From positions 1 to 64,000 of IMG/VR virus record IMGVR_UViG_3300049734_000086: a DNA stretch of 64,000 nucleotides; one strand, given 5' to 3'. The position numbers were made by a program, and so were the translations under genes. The stretch is from a virus. Shown piece after piece: positions 1-10,598 of this stretch (positions are counted from its first letter, which is position 1; each line of letters opens with the position of its first letter). The notes beneath the pieces are model-generated. The model was not told the DNA's origin and ran no database searches. It saw nothing but the letters and a program-made list of their open reading frames with translations.

Positions 1-56
1 CGCCACTCATGCATCCCAGGCATGGTGGCGGGCCGACACGTGTACCGAGACTGGGC

Positions 57-308
57 TTACTGGCCGGGCGGGATGCCGGGGATCTCGGAGCCACGGCCCA
101 GGGCGGCCAGATCCCTGGCCTGCTCCAGCTCGTTGCGGTCGATGCGGTCCAGGTAGTCCTCGAAGTTGGATCGGAAGTTGGCCTCCTGCTCGGCGGACCA
201 TTCGAGCTTGGCGGCGAATTTCTGGATGGCGAGATTGACCAGCGACTTGCCGATCTCCGTGCCGTAGGCCTGCTTGGCCAGTTGATAGATGGCGAGTAGT
301 GCGCCCAT
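57..308 (-). CDS. hypothetical protein (83 aa)
   Basis: ATG with upstream AAAGGAG RBS; high-GC3 codon use. Confidence 0.75.
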   Translation of the reverse strand: MGALLAIYQLAKQAYGTEIGKSLVNLAIQKFAAKLEWSAEQEANFRSNFEDYLDRIDRNELEQARDLAALGRGSEIPGIPPGQ

Positions 309-356
309 GTTTGTGTCTGCTCCTTTGCTGTGGATGAACGGGTCAGCGAGCCGTGG

Positions 357-827
357 TCAGTGAGCCGGGACCTGCAGCGCAGGCTGGTAATCGAAGGCCG
401 CGACCGGCTTCCCACTCACCGCCCCGACCCCCACCTTCCCGCCCAGCAGCCGGTACATCTCGGCAACCACCCGGGCGATCTCCAATCCCAGTTTCACGCT
501 CTCGCTCCCCGGCAGCTTCTTGACCTGCTCGGCCAGTCTCCCGGCCGCCGCCACCATCTCGTTGACGTGCTCGATCTTCTTGTCCGCGACCGACTGGTTG
601 AAGGCCGCGCCCACCTTCAGGGCCTCGATCAGACTGGGCCGGATGTCCACGCACACAGTACGAATGGTATCGCTGGCCGGGGCGCTGCAGTACTTCTGCA
701 CCCCGTTGTCGACACTGGCCAGGGCGTCATGCACGGCGTCCTCGGCTGCCGCCAGTTGCGCGGCATTGGTCGACGCACACCCCGAGAGCCCCGCCGCAAG
801 TAGTCCGACGATCAGTACCCTCATCAT
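357..827 (-). CDS. putative lipoprotein (spanin-like or exclusion-type, uncertain)
   Basis: Start revised to MMRVLIVGLLAAGLSGC (lipobox LSGC) behind a GGAGG RBS. Confidence 0.7.
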   Translation of the reverse strand: MMRVLIVGLLAAGLSGCASTNAAQLAAAEDAVHDALASVDNGVQKYCSAPASDTIRTVCVDIRPSLIEALKVGAAFNQSVADKKIEHVNEMVAAAGRLAEQVKKLPGSESVKLGLEIARVVAEMYRLLGGKVGVGAVSGKPVAAFDYQPALQVPAH

Positions 828-846
828 TGATGTCCTCCCCCTCTGT

Positions 847-3800
847 TTAGAATCCCGGCCCACCGAATCCAGGCCCCGTGCCCCCGCCCAGTCCCACCGA
901 CAATCCACCCGACACCGACAGCTCCTGCGCCTCCAGGTCCACGTCCACGATCTCCAAGACCGGCCCTTCGAGCCACACATTGTAGTCAAGCGGCTTGATG
1001 ATCAGGTCCCAGACTTCCATCTTGGCGATGGCGGTGGGGTGGAACGACTCGGGATGCACGACCTTGATGACCGAGCCGAGATCGACCGGGTAGAACGTGC
1101 CGTCGTAGGTCTTCCCCAGCCCCTGGATCCGCGTCATGAACCCGATCGCCAGCCGCCCGTCGTTGCTCTGCACCCCCGGCGACACCCCCTGCCAGAACTC
1201 CCGCACTCGTGTGGCCCACTCCTCGTACACCTCTTCATCCCGCAGGACGTAGTTCTCGAAGCTGTGACGGTAGACCCCGTTGACCTGGGCCTGGGCCGCT
1301 GTGTCCTCGTCGACCAGTTGCCCGGAGAGCCAGAGGTGGAGATCGTCGGTCGGGGACCCCTTGGCCACACTGGGGACGTGGCGGTACCCGGCCACGTACT
1401 CGAGCCTGTTCATGTACTGGTTGTGATGCCGGTAGGTCTTGAAGTTCTGATCCCCCTTCAGGATGTCCAGGCCCGCGCGGTACGTGATGTTGGCCGTGGC
1501 CGTGGGGTCGGTGACGTGCAGGGTGATCTGACCATGCCGGTTCTCGCCGATCTTGATGAAGTAGCCCTGGCAGATCTCCCGCAGGTCCTCGATGCCCCGG
1601 CGCTGCCGTCCGTCCCGGCCCAGGACGATGGCGGCCCGGGCGCTGATCGAGGGGTTGACCTCGAAGCCGAAGTCGTGCGCGGCCTCGACACTGTCGGTGT
1701 CGAAGATCGAGTAGTGGCCCTCGGGCCCGTGCCAGATCGGCATGGGTGCGTAGGTGATCCAGTCGGTGGTGCCGGTGATGCAGTTCTGGATGATGAACTG
1801 GATCAGGCGGGCCGGGTTGGTGATGATCTTGCCGGTGCCGTTGGGGTTCTCGGCCAGTCCGTAGACCAGGGCCCCGAGCTGGATGTCCCCGGTGCGGATC
1901 TTCTCCGCGTAGGGGTGCGTGCGGAGGAAGAAGACGATGGTGTAGCGGCGGGGAGATCCGGTCGGGTAGTCGATGTACTGAGTCGCCAGTCCCGTGCCCA
2001 GTCCCCAGTTGTTCTTGAACGGGGCCAGGATCCCACCGGCCAGGGTGCCGTAGGCGGACTCGGGGACCACCAGCCGGACATCGTCGGTGGTGATGGTCGA
2101 GTGGACCGTCCAGACCACACTGCCGTCGGCCACCGTGCCACTGAGAGGCCATGTCGGTTCGGTACTCCCCGTGGTGCCAGCGGTGGTGCAGACGAACATC
2201 CGGCCCATGAAGGTGCGCGGGCGGATCAGGGAGCCGACCGTGATGACCTCGTCCTCTTCCCACGACGGCGGGTTGTAGGTCATGCCCGAGAGCAGCCCGA
2301 TCGCGCCCATCGAGACGAGATAGACATCGAAGTCCAGGTCCACGGCCGCGCCCCCGAATACGTCCTGGAGATTGGCCGGGCCGCCCAGGTACTTCAGATG
2401 CACGGCCCCCTCGGGGTCGTTGGTGAAGTCGCCCAGGACCACCGGGGCGGCCGTGTTCTCCAGGGAGGGGTCCATGGAGGCGAACCCACTGGGCCCGGTG
2501 CGGGAGAGGGCGTAGTTGGGGACCAGGGCCTCGGCGTTGCGGCGGCGGAGGAGATCGCCGAGCTTGGAGCTGACCTTGAGGGTGTAGGTCATGCGGGCCG
2601 TCGGGTCGCCTTCCTTCACGATCCCCACGGCGATGCGCCACGGGTCACCCTCCGCGCGCCGTACCGAGTCGTCCACCCAGTAGCTGAAGACCTCCGCGCC
2701 CTTCAGGGTTCCGGCTAGTGACGCGGCTCTCAAAGCCCCCGAGCGGTCGTCCAGCACGATGTCGTAGGGGAACTCCTCGACCGCCCCTTCCAGGGAGTAC
2801 CGGCGGCGTACGTCCGAGAAGGCCAGAATGGCTGGCGTCTTCTTGCCGTGGAACCAGACATCGCGGTCGTTGAACTGCGCGCGGTAGGCGTACTTCAGCC
2901 AGTCCCCGGTGGTCAGACGGAGATTGATGAACGTGAGCGGGCCATAGATCGGCAGTACCCCATCCTCGGGGTTGTCCCCAGGGTCCACTTCTCCGTCCAA
3001 CTGGGTGCTGATGCCCACGAATTGGACTGTGGCGACACCGGCCGAGGTGAACACGGACTCCGACAGCACATCGACCGAGGCGGTGAGCGCCACGGCCAGG
3101 AAGGGGGTACTGCCACCACCGGGCGGGGTGGTCTTGACCGACCACACGCTGTCGGGGCCGATGGCGACCAGGGGGTTGGCCAGATCGTTGGCGAACAGAC
3201 TGCCGCCGGTAAAGGTGGCCTCGGCGTTGGTGTCCCCGTCCACACGCAAGGTGATGGTGCGGTTGTCGTCGGCGACACTGAGCCGCCCCCGGACGCCCGT
3301 GACGAAGAAGGGGGTGACGCCGCCCAGGTTCGAGAAGTTCGATTCGGTATTGGTCCAGCCCTCGCCGCAGGGCGCGCAGTAGTTCGCCACCACGCCGCTC
3401 GGGTTGGCATCGGGCGTGATGGCGAACACGAACTCCCCATCGGTGTCGGCCAGGAAGGCCAGACCGATGGAGCCCAGGGCGTTGGTGGGCGTCCCGGTCG
3501 GGGTGATCTCGACCGAGAGCAGATCGTCTGGCGCGAGATCGAGCGAGAAGGTGGAGACGGCGGTCGTCTGGGCCGCGCCGCTGATCGTGGCGGTGGTGTC
3601 GGGGGTGCCGCCCGTGCCGTCCTGCTTGACTAAGTTCTTGTACAGAACAGCAATCCATGAGTCACCGGCCCCTGGGGCTTGGTGGACCCGGAACCGAAAC
3701 TTGGTGAGCGTCCCGGCGACCGACCACAGCGCCAGGGCCTTCTGGGCATTGGTGTTCTCGGTCTGCCCTGGCGAGGTCAGCGGGTTGACGTACTGGACCG

Positions 3801-4242
3801 CCACCGTGTTGAGCTGATCGATGTGGCCGCCGTAGATGCTCTCGTTGGCGGTGGCCGATTCGATCTCGATGGAGATGTGCTTCTCGGAGGCGGCAGGGGT
3901 GCCGCCCGAGGTCGACCGCCGGATCGAGATGGTGTCCCCGTCCGAGAACGAAATATCGTTGGAGGTGTCCTCGGCCTCGATGTTGGAGTCGGAGATGGTG
4001 CAGGTCAGCGCCGTGGCCGACCCGTTCTTCATGATGGTGTAGATCGCCGAGATCCCCGAGCCGGGTGCCGTGGTGAGCACGACCTTCAGGTTGCGGATCG
4101 TGACCGTCGAGGCGCAGGTGATCTGATGGCAAACACTGCTGTCGAGACTGGACCACGGGTTCAGACCACCGCCCATCGGGTTGTGGAACCGATCGCCCGT
4201 GTTATTGAGCGAGACCGTGCGCTTGACGCAGACCTGCTTCAT
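847..4242 (-). CDS. tail tip / central tail protein
   Basis: ~1130 aa, beta-rich, second gene after the tape measure; start MKQV adjacent to the upstream stop. Confidence 0.7.
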   Translation of the reverse strand: MKQVCVKRTVSLNNTGDRFHNPMGGGLNPWSSLDSSVCHQITCASTVTIRNLKVVLTTAPGSGISAIYTIMKNGSATALTCTISDSNIEAEDTSNDISFSDGDTISIRRSTSGGTPAASEKHISIEIESATANESIYGGHIDQLNTVAVQYVNPLTSPGQTENTNAQKALALWSVAGTLTKFRFRVHQAPGAGDSWIAVLYKNLVKQDGTGGTPDTTATISGAAQTTAVSTFSLDLAPDDLLSVEITPTGTPTNALGSIGLAFLADTDGEFVFAITPDANPSGVVANYCAPCGEGWTNTESNFSNLGGVTPFFVTGVRGRLSVADDNRTITLRVDGDTNAEATFTGGSLFANDLANPLVAIGPDSVWSVKTTPPGGGSTPFLAVALTASVDVLSESVFTSAGVATVQFVGISTQLDGEVDPGDNPEDGVLPIYGPLTFINLRLTTGDWLKYAYRAQFNDRDVWFHGKKTPAILAFSDVRRRYSLEGAVEEFPYDIVLDDRSGALRAASLAGTLKGAEVFSYWVDDSVRRAEGDPWRIAVGIVKEGDPTARMTYTLKVSSKLGDLLRRRNAEALVPNYALSRTGPSGFASMDPSLENTAAPVVLGDFTNDPEGAVHLKYLGGPANLQDVFGGAAVDLDFDVYLVSMGAIGLLSGMTYNPPSWEEDEVITVGSLIRPRTFMGRMFVCTTAGTTGSTEPTWPLSGTVADGSVVWTVHSTITTDDVRLVVPESAYGTLAGGILAPFKNNWGLGTGLATQYIDYPTGSPRRYTIVFFLRTHPYAEKIRTGDIQLGALVYGLAENPNGTGKIITNPARLIQFIIQNCITGTTDWITYAPMPIWHGPEGHYSIFDTDSVEAAHDFGFEVNPSISARAAIVLGRDGRQRRGIEDLREICQGYFIKIGENRHGQITLHVTDPTATANITYRAGLDILKGDQNFKTYRHHNQYMNRLEYVAGYRHVPSVAKGSPTDDLHLWLSGQLVDEDTAAQAQVNGVYRHSFENYVLRDEEVYEEWATRVREFWQGVSPGVQSNDGRLAIGFMTRIQGLGKTYDGTFYPVDLGSVIKVVHPESFHPTAIAKMEVWDLIIKPLDYNVWLEGPVLEIVDVDLEAQELSVSGGLSVGLGGGTGPGFGGPGF

Positions 4243-4243
4243 C

Positions 4244-5032
4244 TCAGTCGAGGACCAAGCCCATGGAGAGTTCCGCCACGGCAAAGATGACGGAGAGAAC
4301 GTTGCCAGTCGCGTTCTTCTGCTGCCACTTCAGCGAGGTGTGATCGACCTTCGCGTACCAGCAGTCGTTGACGGTGATGTCGGGGACGAACATGAACGGC
4401 TTGTTGATGCCGTGGCTGGACATCATCACGGCCTGGGCGATCAGGCGGTCGGCTTCACGCGCGAACAGCCCCCCGGCCCGCCGGAGACGGATGCCCCGGT
4501 CGTAGGTGAGGTCGAGTTCCAGGTAGGTCCGCTCGGCATTGTTGGGCCACTCGATCTCGTACTCCACCGCCCCCTGCTTCCCCACCTGCCAGCGCACGGT
4601 GTAGACCGCCGTGGGGAGACAGACGCGACCAATGGCGGGTGGCCCACTGCCGCCTTGAATGGCGATGGCGTGGTTGCTGGCGTTGAGCCCGGCGGTGAGG
4701 CGCAGGTCGAAGAAGACGTTGGTACATTGATCGTCGGCGCTGCGGGCCGGGATGGTCAGGGATTGGGTCCCACCCCCACCGCCCACGGCCACCAGTTGTA
4801 CGGCGCGGCCGGGCAGGTTGTGATTCATGATGCCCACAATGAGGGGTGTCCCGCCGCCGTGCGAGATGGTCAGGTCGGCGGTGGCGGCCCCCGCCTTGGT
4901 GACGTTCTGCGGGTTGAAGTCGGTCACATTCTCGGCGGCGTACTCCGGGTCGGCGTTGGGCACGTCCCAGGTGGCTGTGGAGCCGTTGACCAAGTCGTCG
5001 TCGGCCAGGGTGATCAGACAGGTCTTGGCCAT
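4244..5032 (-). CDS. putative distal tail protein
   Basis: 262 aa directly downstream of the tape measure gene (synteny). Confidence 0.6.
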   Translation of the reverse strand: MAKTCLITLADDDLVNGSTATWDVPNADPEYAAENVTDFNPQNVTKAGAATADLTISHGGGTPLIVGIMNHNLPGRAVQLVAVGGGGGTQSLTIPARSADDQCTNVFFDLRLTAGLNASNHAIAIQGGSGPPAIGRVCLPTAVYTVRWQVGKQGAVEYEIEWPNNAERTYLELDLTYDRGIRLRRAGGLFAREADRLIAQAVMMSSHGINKPFMFVPDITVNDCWYAKVDHTSLKWQQKNATGNVLSVIFAVAELSMGLVLD

Positions 5033-5034
5033 GG

Positions 5035-8000
5035 CTAGGCGCTCCCCTTACCCGACGGCACACCGTTCAAGGCTTTGGCGACAGCGTCGATGACAGTGGT
5101 CTGCAGGCCGTTCTCGTCGCGGTCGAACTGGCCCGGGAACTCGGTACGGATGATGTCCATGACTTTGATCTTGGTGCCGGTGTCGACACTCTCCCCGGTG
5201 ACGACCACGACGGCGACGTTGTTGGTAGTCTTGCCTCCTGGGCCTCCAGGCGAGGTGATGGGGCCGCCGGTCCCAGGGCCGACCCCCGCGCCGGAGAGCG
5301 CCGAGCCGCCGCCGAACACCGGCATCAGGCCGTTGCGGGGCGTGAGGATCGAGGCGGAGAACGGGCTGAACTCCGGCGGGACGAACACGCCAGGACCCGT
5401 GTCGGGCAACCGGCGGTCGAGCACCCAGTTGCGGGTCGGGTCCGGCACTTCATCTGGGATCGAGCGGATCCGCCGAATCAGGTCCAGCACCGCATCGCCG
5501 GTATCGTGAATGGCCTGGGTCGTGGCGTCCGCGCCCCGTGGCCCGCTGATCTTCCACTGGTCCAGGGCCTCGGACGACTCCGCAATGAGCTGCGTATTCG
5601 CGTCGAGCGGGGTGCCCAGACTGGTCGCGTTGGCCCTGACCGCCTGGAGGGTGGACTGGAACCCCTCGACCTGTCCCTGGAGGCCCGCGATCACCCGGTC
5701 GGGGTTACCCTCGATGTCGACGGCCAGGGTGGTCGTGACTGAGGAGGGCAGGCTGCTCAGGGCGGTGGTGGCCAGATCGACGGCGGGCGCGGCACGAGTG
5801 GCGGCCGTGGTGGCCAGACTGTTCAGGGCATCTTCGGTCGCCCCGACCTGGGCCGCCGTCTCGCTCCAGGCGGCTGCGGCTTGGTTCGCCGCCGCTGTCG
5901 TGTGCTGGATGTCTCCAGGCCCGGGGAATGGCTGGGTCCCGGTGCCCTGGTCCGGGAGCCTCCGGTCGATGTCCCAGTTGCGGGTCGGGTCGGGGATCTC
6001 GTCCGGGATGCCTTTGAGCTGCCGGATCAGCGCCTTGATCGCCTCCACCATGTCGTTGATGCCGTTCCGCATCTCCTCGAACACGGTCGGGCCCTTGTCC
6101 TGCCAGATGCCCAGTTCCTTCGACTGCGCGATCATCTCGGCCGTCACCGGGTCCAGGGCCACGCCCAGATCCTTCGCCCGCTTCTCGGCCTCGTGCAGGT
6201 AGTCCTGCATCGGCATCAGGGCCGCCCGCTGATCGCCGCCAAGCTGCGCGACCTCGCCCTGGATCCGGCGGAACATATTGATGCCGGTGCGCTCCATGGC
6301 GCGGAAGGTGTCGACGTTCTGGTCGTTCATGTTGCCCAGGGCGATGAACGACTGGGTCAGGCCGGTGACTCCGTTGATGACCGACGGGATGCGGGTCAGC
6401 AGGTCGGACTGCATGACCAGACTCTTCAGCCCGGTGTCCTCGATGTTGATGCCGAGGTCCTTGTAGGCCTGCGAGATCTTCTGCAGCGCCGGTTGCGAGG
6501 CGGCCAGGGCCTCGTTGAAGGACAGGCCCGCGTTAAGGGCAGCGTTGAAGGTGCCGACGGCGATCACGCCCAGGTCGGCCAGTTCCTGCTTGGCACCCTC
6601 GGCGGCGTCGGCTTGGTCTTCCAGCGCCCGGGTCAGGGCGTCCTGATCGCCGCCCGACCGACTCAGCTCGCGGACCTTCTCCCCGAGGTCGTGCCACTTC
6701 TTGAACTGCTCGTCCAGGGCCCCGACGATGGCGTTGGACCCGGCGATGGCGGTGGAGGCTTGGTTCTTCAGCGCCTCGGTAATGGCCTTGGATTCGATCC
6801 CGGCCTCCCGCGCCATCTGCACGACTTCCTTCAGCCCCTCGACCCAGTGCCCCGCCGCGTCGACGCCGTGCTCGAACGCCTCGCCCCACACATCGTCGAT
6901 GAGCCGCCCGGCGGTCGCGACATCGATCTCCTTCTTCTCCAGCATGACGAACACGTCGAGAAGGTTGCGCCACGCTTCGACGTGTGGAGGGACCTGGGAC
7001 AGGACCTTCTGGATCTCCGCCATCGCCTCGGCGACACGCTTGGGGTTGTCGGTGTCCCACAGCTTTTGCACCACGGCTTCGGCCTCGGCGGCGGAGCGGC
7101 CGGTGGCGAGGTAGGCGTCACGCACGGCGATGAGGGTGCCCTTCCACCGCTCGTTCCCGGCTTCGAGCCTCTGCGTGAACCCGAGGGTGCCAATGAGCTG
7201 GTCCTGGTACTTCTCGCTCTCCTCCCGTGCCTTCTTGACCGCCTCACTGACCCCGAAGAAGTGCTTGGCCAGCATGAACACGCCGACTCCGGCCAGCCCG
7301 ATGCCTGCCGTGGCAGCACTGAGTCCGACCGCGCCCAGGGTGGTCGAGGCCATGGCCTTGCCGAATGCCGTGGTGGCCAGAGCAGCCCCGCCAATGGTGG
7401 AGACCGTGGAGCCGATCGCCGCACCCCACTGGCCCGCCGCCGCCCCACCCACAGCCGCTGCCGCTGCCGCCCCGGCGCTCACGGCCTTGAAGGCGTTCTT
7501 GATGGCCTCGGTGGCCTTGAGGAGCGGTTTGGCGATGGCGTCGGCGATCTGCATCCCGATAGCGGCGAAGGCCCCACCGACCCCACCGCCTCCGGTGAAG
7601 GCCTGGGAGAACAGATCGGGCAGGTCGGTGAGGAGTCCCTTGAGGTTGGCGCGGATCTGCTCGCCGGTCTCGTTCTTCTTTCCGCTCGTGGCGGTGTTCT
7701 GGAACAGGAACTTCTGGGCGGCCTCGTCGGCGGCAATCAACGCCTGCTCGGCCACGAAGGCCTGCTCGGCGATGGCCATGATCCTCCGCTCGGTGCCCGC
7801 CGGGTCGTCCTTGTGGCCCAGCATCGCCAGGGCGATCTCGGCCTGGGCCACGCGACGGAGCTGGAGGATCTTGAAGTTCGCCTCCGACATCGACTGCTGC
7901 ATGGCCTCGTCGGACATCGTGCGCTCGATGTCGCGGACACGGAGGGCGTTGGCGATGATGGCCTCGCCGATGCGCTTGGTCTGGACTTCCAGTTCCGCCG

Positions 8001-9633
8001 TGAACTCCTTCCAGGTCGCGGCCCCCTTGACCAGATCGCGGTTCAGCTTCTCGATCTCCAGCTTGTCCATCGCCGCCGCGATTTCCAGGAAGATAGGCGG
8101 GATCGCGGCCCCGGCGATCTGCAGGTCGATGATGGCCTGCTTGACCTTGGAGCCGAACTCCGCAATCAACTGCGACTGGGTCATGAACCCCTTGGCGGCG
8201 GTGAGTTCCTTCTCCAGCTCCTTGGTCTTCTCCAGCAACTTCTGCGTCGAGTCCGTCTGCTGGTTCTGGGTATCGGTGACGGTACGGCCCGCATTGCCAT
8301 ACTCCATCGTCTTGCCGCGTGTGGCTTCGAGACTGACCGCCAGGGCATCGAGCTTGATGGCCCCCGACTGCAAGGCGTTCCCCCACCGGGCCTGCCGTTC
8401 GAGATCGGAGTTGGTCGCCTCGGACAGGCTGTTGTAGGCCTTCTCCAGGTTCTCGACGAACCGGGCGGTGTCCTCCATCGCCTGCCGACGGGCCGGGAGC
8501 CACGCCGCCGGGTTGGTGAACTGGGTCCATCGATCAAAGGCCAGTAAGGCTCGGAGGGTCATGGCCGCGAGGTTGATGAACCCCCCGGCCAGCTCCTGGA
8601 TCACGATCTTGACGGCGTGTGCGCCCACCTGGACCAGATCGAGCCCGCGCAGGAACCCGGCCAGGGCTTTGACGATCTGAATGACCGCATCGGAGACGAA
8701 CAGGAACGCCGCCCCGTTGTCGGACAGACTGGTCGTCATGTCCTGCAGCATGTCGGTGACGAACCGCATGGCCTCGCCGACCGTCTTGTTCTCGGTGATC
8801 GCCGCGCCCCAGGTGCCGAGCAGATTGTTGTAGACCGTCTGCAGACGGGTGAGGTTGCCCTGATAGGTCTGACTGACCCGAGAGGCGTCTCCGGTGAAGG
8901 CGATGGTCTCCTTGAGGATGCCGTTGTAGAGCGCCAGTCTGACCTTGGCGTCCGACTGCACCTTCGACAGGTCCGACGCCTTGAACCCCGCCTCGACCAG
9001 GATGTTGGAGAGGTTCTTGGTGACACCGACGTTGTCGACCATCATCGACAACTGGTTCTTGAGGCCCTGCGTGGCCCCGACGATGGACTCCCCGAAGGCC
9101 AGGGTCCCCTGCCGTCCGAACGCCGCAGCGTCCTTGAAGGCCAGCATCAGGTTGGTGGCTTGGTCGAGATTGAAGCGGGTGCCGAGCAGGTTCTTGAGCC
9201 CTTCGGCTGCTTGCCCGACCGTCATCAGACCATCGGCGGCCAGACTCTTGGCGGCTTTCTTCGCCGCATCCGCATCGACCCCGAACGCCCGGGCCACCGA
9301 GCTGAGGCCCAGCATGGCGTTGGTGGTCTTGATGGACTGGTCGATGGCCGTGGAGAAGGCGTCACGGGCCAGACTGAAGATCCCCGTGGCCAGTCGGCCG
9401 ATCACCCCGGCGAGGATCTGCCCGGCCGCGACCCCGCCCGTGATCATGGCGAACATGCGACCGCCCGACCCGGTGGCCCGTTCCAGGGCCAGTTGCAGCC
9501 GGGTCATCGCAGGCGTCACCTTGGTGTCGGAGGTGTTGCCGACCCGCTCAACCGCTTTGTCGAGATCGACGAACTTGGCCTTCGCGCCCTTGTCGTCGAA
9601 CTCGACCTCGATATAGATTTTGCGGTCAGCCAC
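5035..9633 (-). CDS. tape measure protein
   Basis: 1532 aa, Ala/Gly-rich helical with hydrophobic segments; follows the chaperone pair. Confidence 0.93.
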   Translation of the reverse strand: MADRKIYIEVEFDDKGAKAKFVDLDKAVERVGNTSDTKVTPAMTRLQLALERATGSGGRMFAMITGGVAAGQILAGVIGRLATGIFSLARDAFSTAIDQSIKTTNAMLGLSSVARAFGVDADAAKKAAKSLAADGLMTVGQAAEGLKNLLGTRFNLDQATNLMLAFKDAAAFGRQGTLAFGESIVGATQGLKNQLSMMVDNVGVTKNLSNILVEAGFKASDLSKVQSDAKVRLALYNGILKETIAFTGDASRVSQTYQGNLTRLQTVYNNLLGTWGAAITENKTVGEAMRFVTDMLQDMTTSLSDNGAAFLFVSDAVIQIVKALAGFLRGLDLVQVGAHAVKIVIQELAGGFINLAAMTLRALLAFDRWTQFTNPAAWLPARRQAMEDTARFVENLEKAYNSLSEATNSDLERQARWGNALQSGAIKLDALAVSLEATRGKTMEYGNAGRTVTDTQNQQTDSTQKLLEKTKELEKELTAAKGFMTQSQLIAEFGSKVKQAIIDLQIAGAAIPPIFLEIAAAMDKLEIEKLNRDLVKGAATWKEFTAELEVQTKRIGEAIIANALRVRDIERTMSDEAMQQSMSEANFKILQLRRVAQAEIALAMLGHKDDPAGTERRIMAIAEQAFVAEQALIAADEAAQKFLFQNTATSGKKNETGEQIRANLKGLLTDLPDLFSQAFTGGGGVGGAFAAIGMQIADAIAKPLLKATEAIKNAFKAVSAGAAAAAAVGGAAAGQWGAAIGSTVSTIGGAALATTAFGKAMASTTLGAVGLSAATAGIGLAGVGVFMLAKHFFGVSEAVKKAREESEKYQDQLIGTLGFTQRLEAGNERWKGTLIAVRDAYLATGRSAAEAEAVVQKLWDTDNPKRVAEAMAEIQKVLSQVPPHVEAWRNLLDVFVMLEKKEIDVATAGRLIDDVWGEAFEHGVDAAGHWVEGLKEVVQMAREAGIESKAITEALKNQASTAIAGSNAIVGALDEQFKKWHDLGEKVRELSRSGGDQDALTRALEDQADAAEGAKQELADLGVIAVGTFNAALNAGLSFNEALAASQPALQKISQAYKDLGINIEDTGLKSLVMQSDLLTRIPSVINGVTGLTQSFIALGNMNDQNVDTFRAMERTGINMFRRIQGEVAQLGGDQRAALMPMQDYLHEAEKRAKDLGVALDPVTAEMIAQSKELGIWQDKGPTVFEEMRNGINDMVEAIKALIRQLKGIPDEIPDPTRNWDIDRRLPDQGTGTQPFPGPGDIQHTTAAANQAAAAWSETAAQVGATEDALNSLATTAATRAAPAVDLATTALSSLPSSVTTTLAVDIEGNPDRVIAGLQGQVEGFQSTLQAVRANATSLGTPLDANTQLIAESSEALDQWKISGPRGADATTQAIHDTGDAVLDLIRRIRSIPDEVPDPTRNWVLDRRLPDTGPGVFVPPEFSPFSASILTPRNGLMPVFGGGSALSGAGVGPGTGGPITSPGGPGGKTTNNVAVVVVTGESVDTGTKIKVMDIIRTEFPGQFDRDENGLQTTVIDAVAKALNGVPSGKGSA

Positions 9634-9675
9634 GGGGGCCCTCCGACGCCGAGTTAGACGACTGGCCGTATTGGC

Positions 9676-10056
9676 TTACTCGCCGTCCTCCCGGTCGTTG
9701 CCCTGTGTGGCCTTCTGGTCCCCACGGGGCTGGTTCCGGTGGATCACGTCGAGCTTGTCGAGCAGTCGTGTCGCGTCGTCGTAGGTCAGCTTCGGTCGTC
9801 GGATGTCAAAGACGAATTGCGGGCCCAGCACATCGCGCACAATCGGCCGGGTGAGGTCTCGGTAGAGATCGAAGGCCTCGTAGTCGGCCACACTGAGCGC
9901 ACTGAACATCAGCGCATATTCGCAGTCTTCGTCGTTCAAGCACGGATAAGCGTCCGGGTCCTCCCTGATCGTCGCTTCGCTGACTAGTTGACAGCAGGTG
10001 ACGAGGTTGTGGTTTTCACTCCACCACTCGCAGAAGACCCGGAGCTGGCGTTTGGG
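9676..10056 (-). CDS. tail assembly chaperone, -1 frameshift extension (gpT-like)
   Basis: -1 frame is open from the slippery site to 9676 (PKRQLRVFCEWWSEN...PCLNDEDCEYALMFS...). Confidence 0.8.
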   Translation of the reverse strand, partial: PKRQLRVFCEWWSENHNLVTCCQLVSEATIREDPDAYPCLNDEDCEYALMFSALSVADYEAFDLYRDLTRPIVRDVLGPQFVFDIRRPKLTYDDATRLLDKLDVIHRNQPRGDQKATQGNDREDGE

Positions 10057-10469
10057 TCCTGCTCCTCCGACTCCCCGCCCCCGTCCTCGTCCCGCCCAAT
10101 CTGGCCTGCCTGGATTTCCCCAAGCTCACGCCCCACGCACAGCCGGACGATCTCCGACTTGACGATCTCCGGGAGCATGTTCTTGTAGACCGACTCGCAC
10201 GGCAGCTCCTTGCCTTCGTGCCGGACGCCCGTCCAGTTGACGATGCAGTAGTCGAGGCACTTCTCCACGAACCCCTGCCAGTCGAACCGCTCCTCGCGTC
10301 CCCGCCGGGTCTGCTCGTAGGTCGTCGCCTCCTGCCGGTACCGCTTCTGCGTGTCGTTGGGCACCACCCGGATGTCGAACACCGAGTCGTACTTGACCTT
10401 GGTGTCCGGGTCCACGAACTGGTACTTCCGCACTTCGTTGGGCTGAACAATCTCAATCATGCGTGCCAT
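9984..10469 (-). CDS. tail assembly chaperone (gpG-like)
   Basis: 161 aa between tail tube and tape measure; in-frame slippery heptamer near its 3' end. Confidence 0.85.
   Translation of the reverse strand: MARMIEIVQPNEVRKYQFVDPDTKVKYDSVFDIRVVPNDTQKRYRQEATTYEQTRRGREERFDWQGFVEKCLDYCIVNWTGVRHEGKELPCESVYKNMLPEIVKSEIVRLCVGRELGEIQAGQIGRDEDGGGESEEQDPNASSGSSASGGVKTTTSSPAVN
10050..10056 (-). other. programmed -1 frameshift slippery site C CCA AAC
   Basis: X XXY YYZ heptamer in the correct phase (GAC CCA AAC); shifting joins the downstream ORF. Confidence 0.85.
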
Positions 10470-10598
10470 GTCATCGTCTCCATCGTCGGGTCCTGGGAGG
10501 GGTGCTGGGAAACGGCGGCGGTAAGGCTCCCAGCACCCGAGAGTGCGCCTCCACCGCCGCCTGACTGCTCGCCTGTTCTTGGTAGCAGGGGCTACGCC

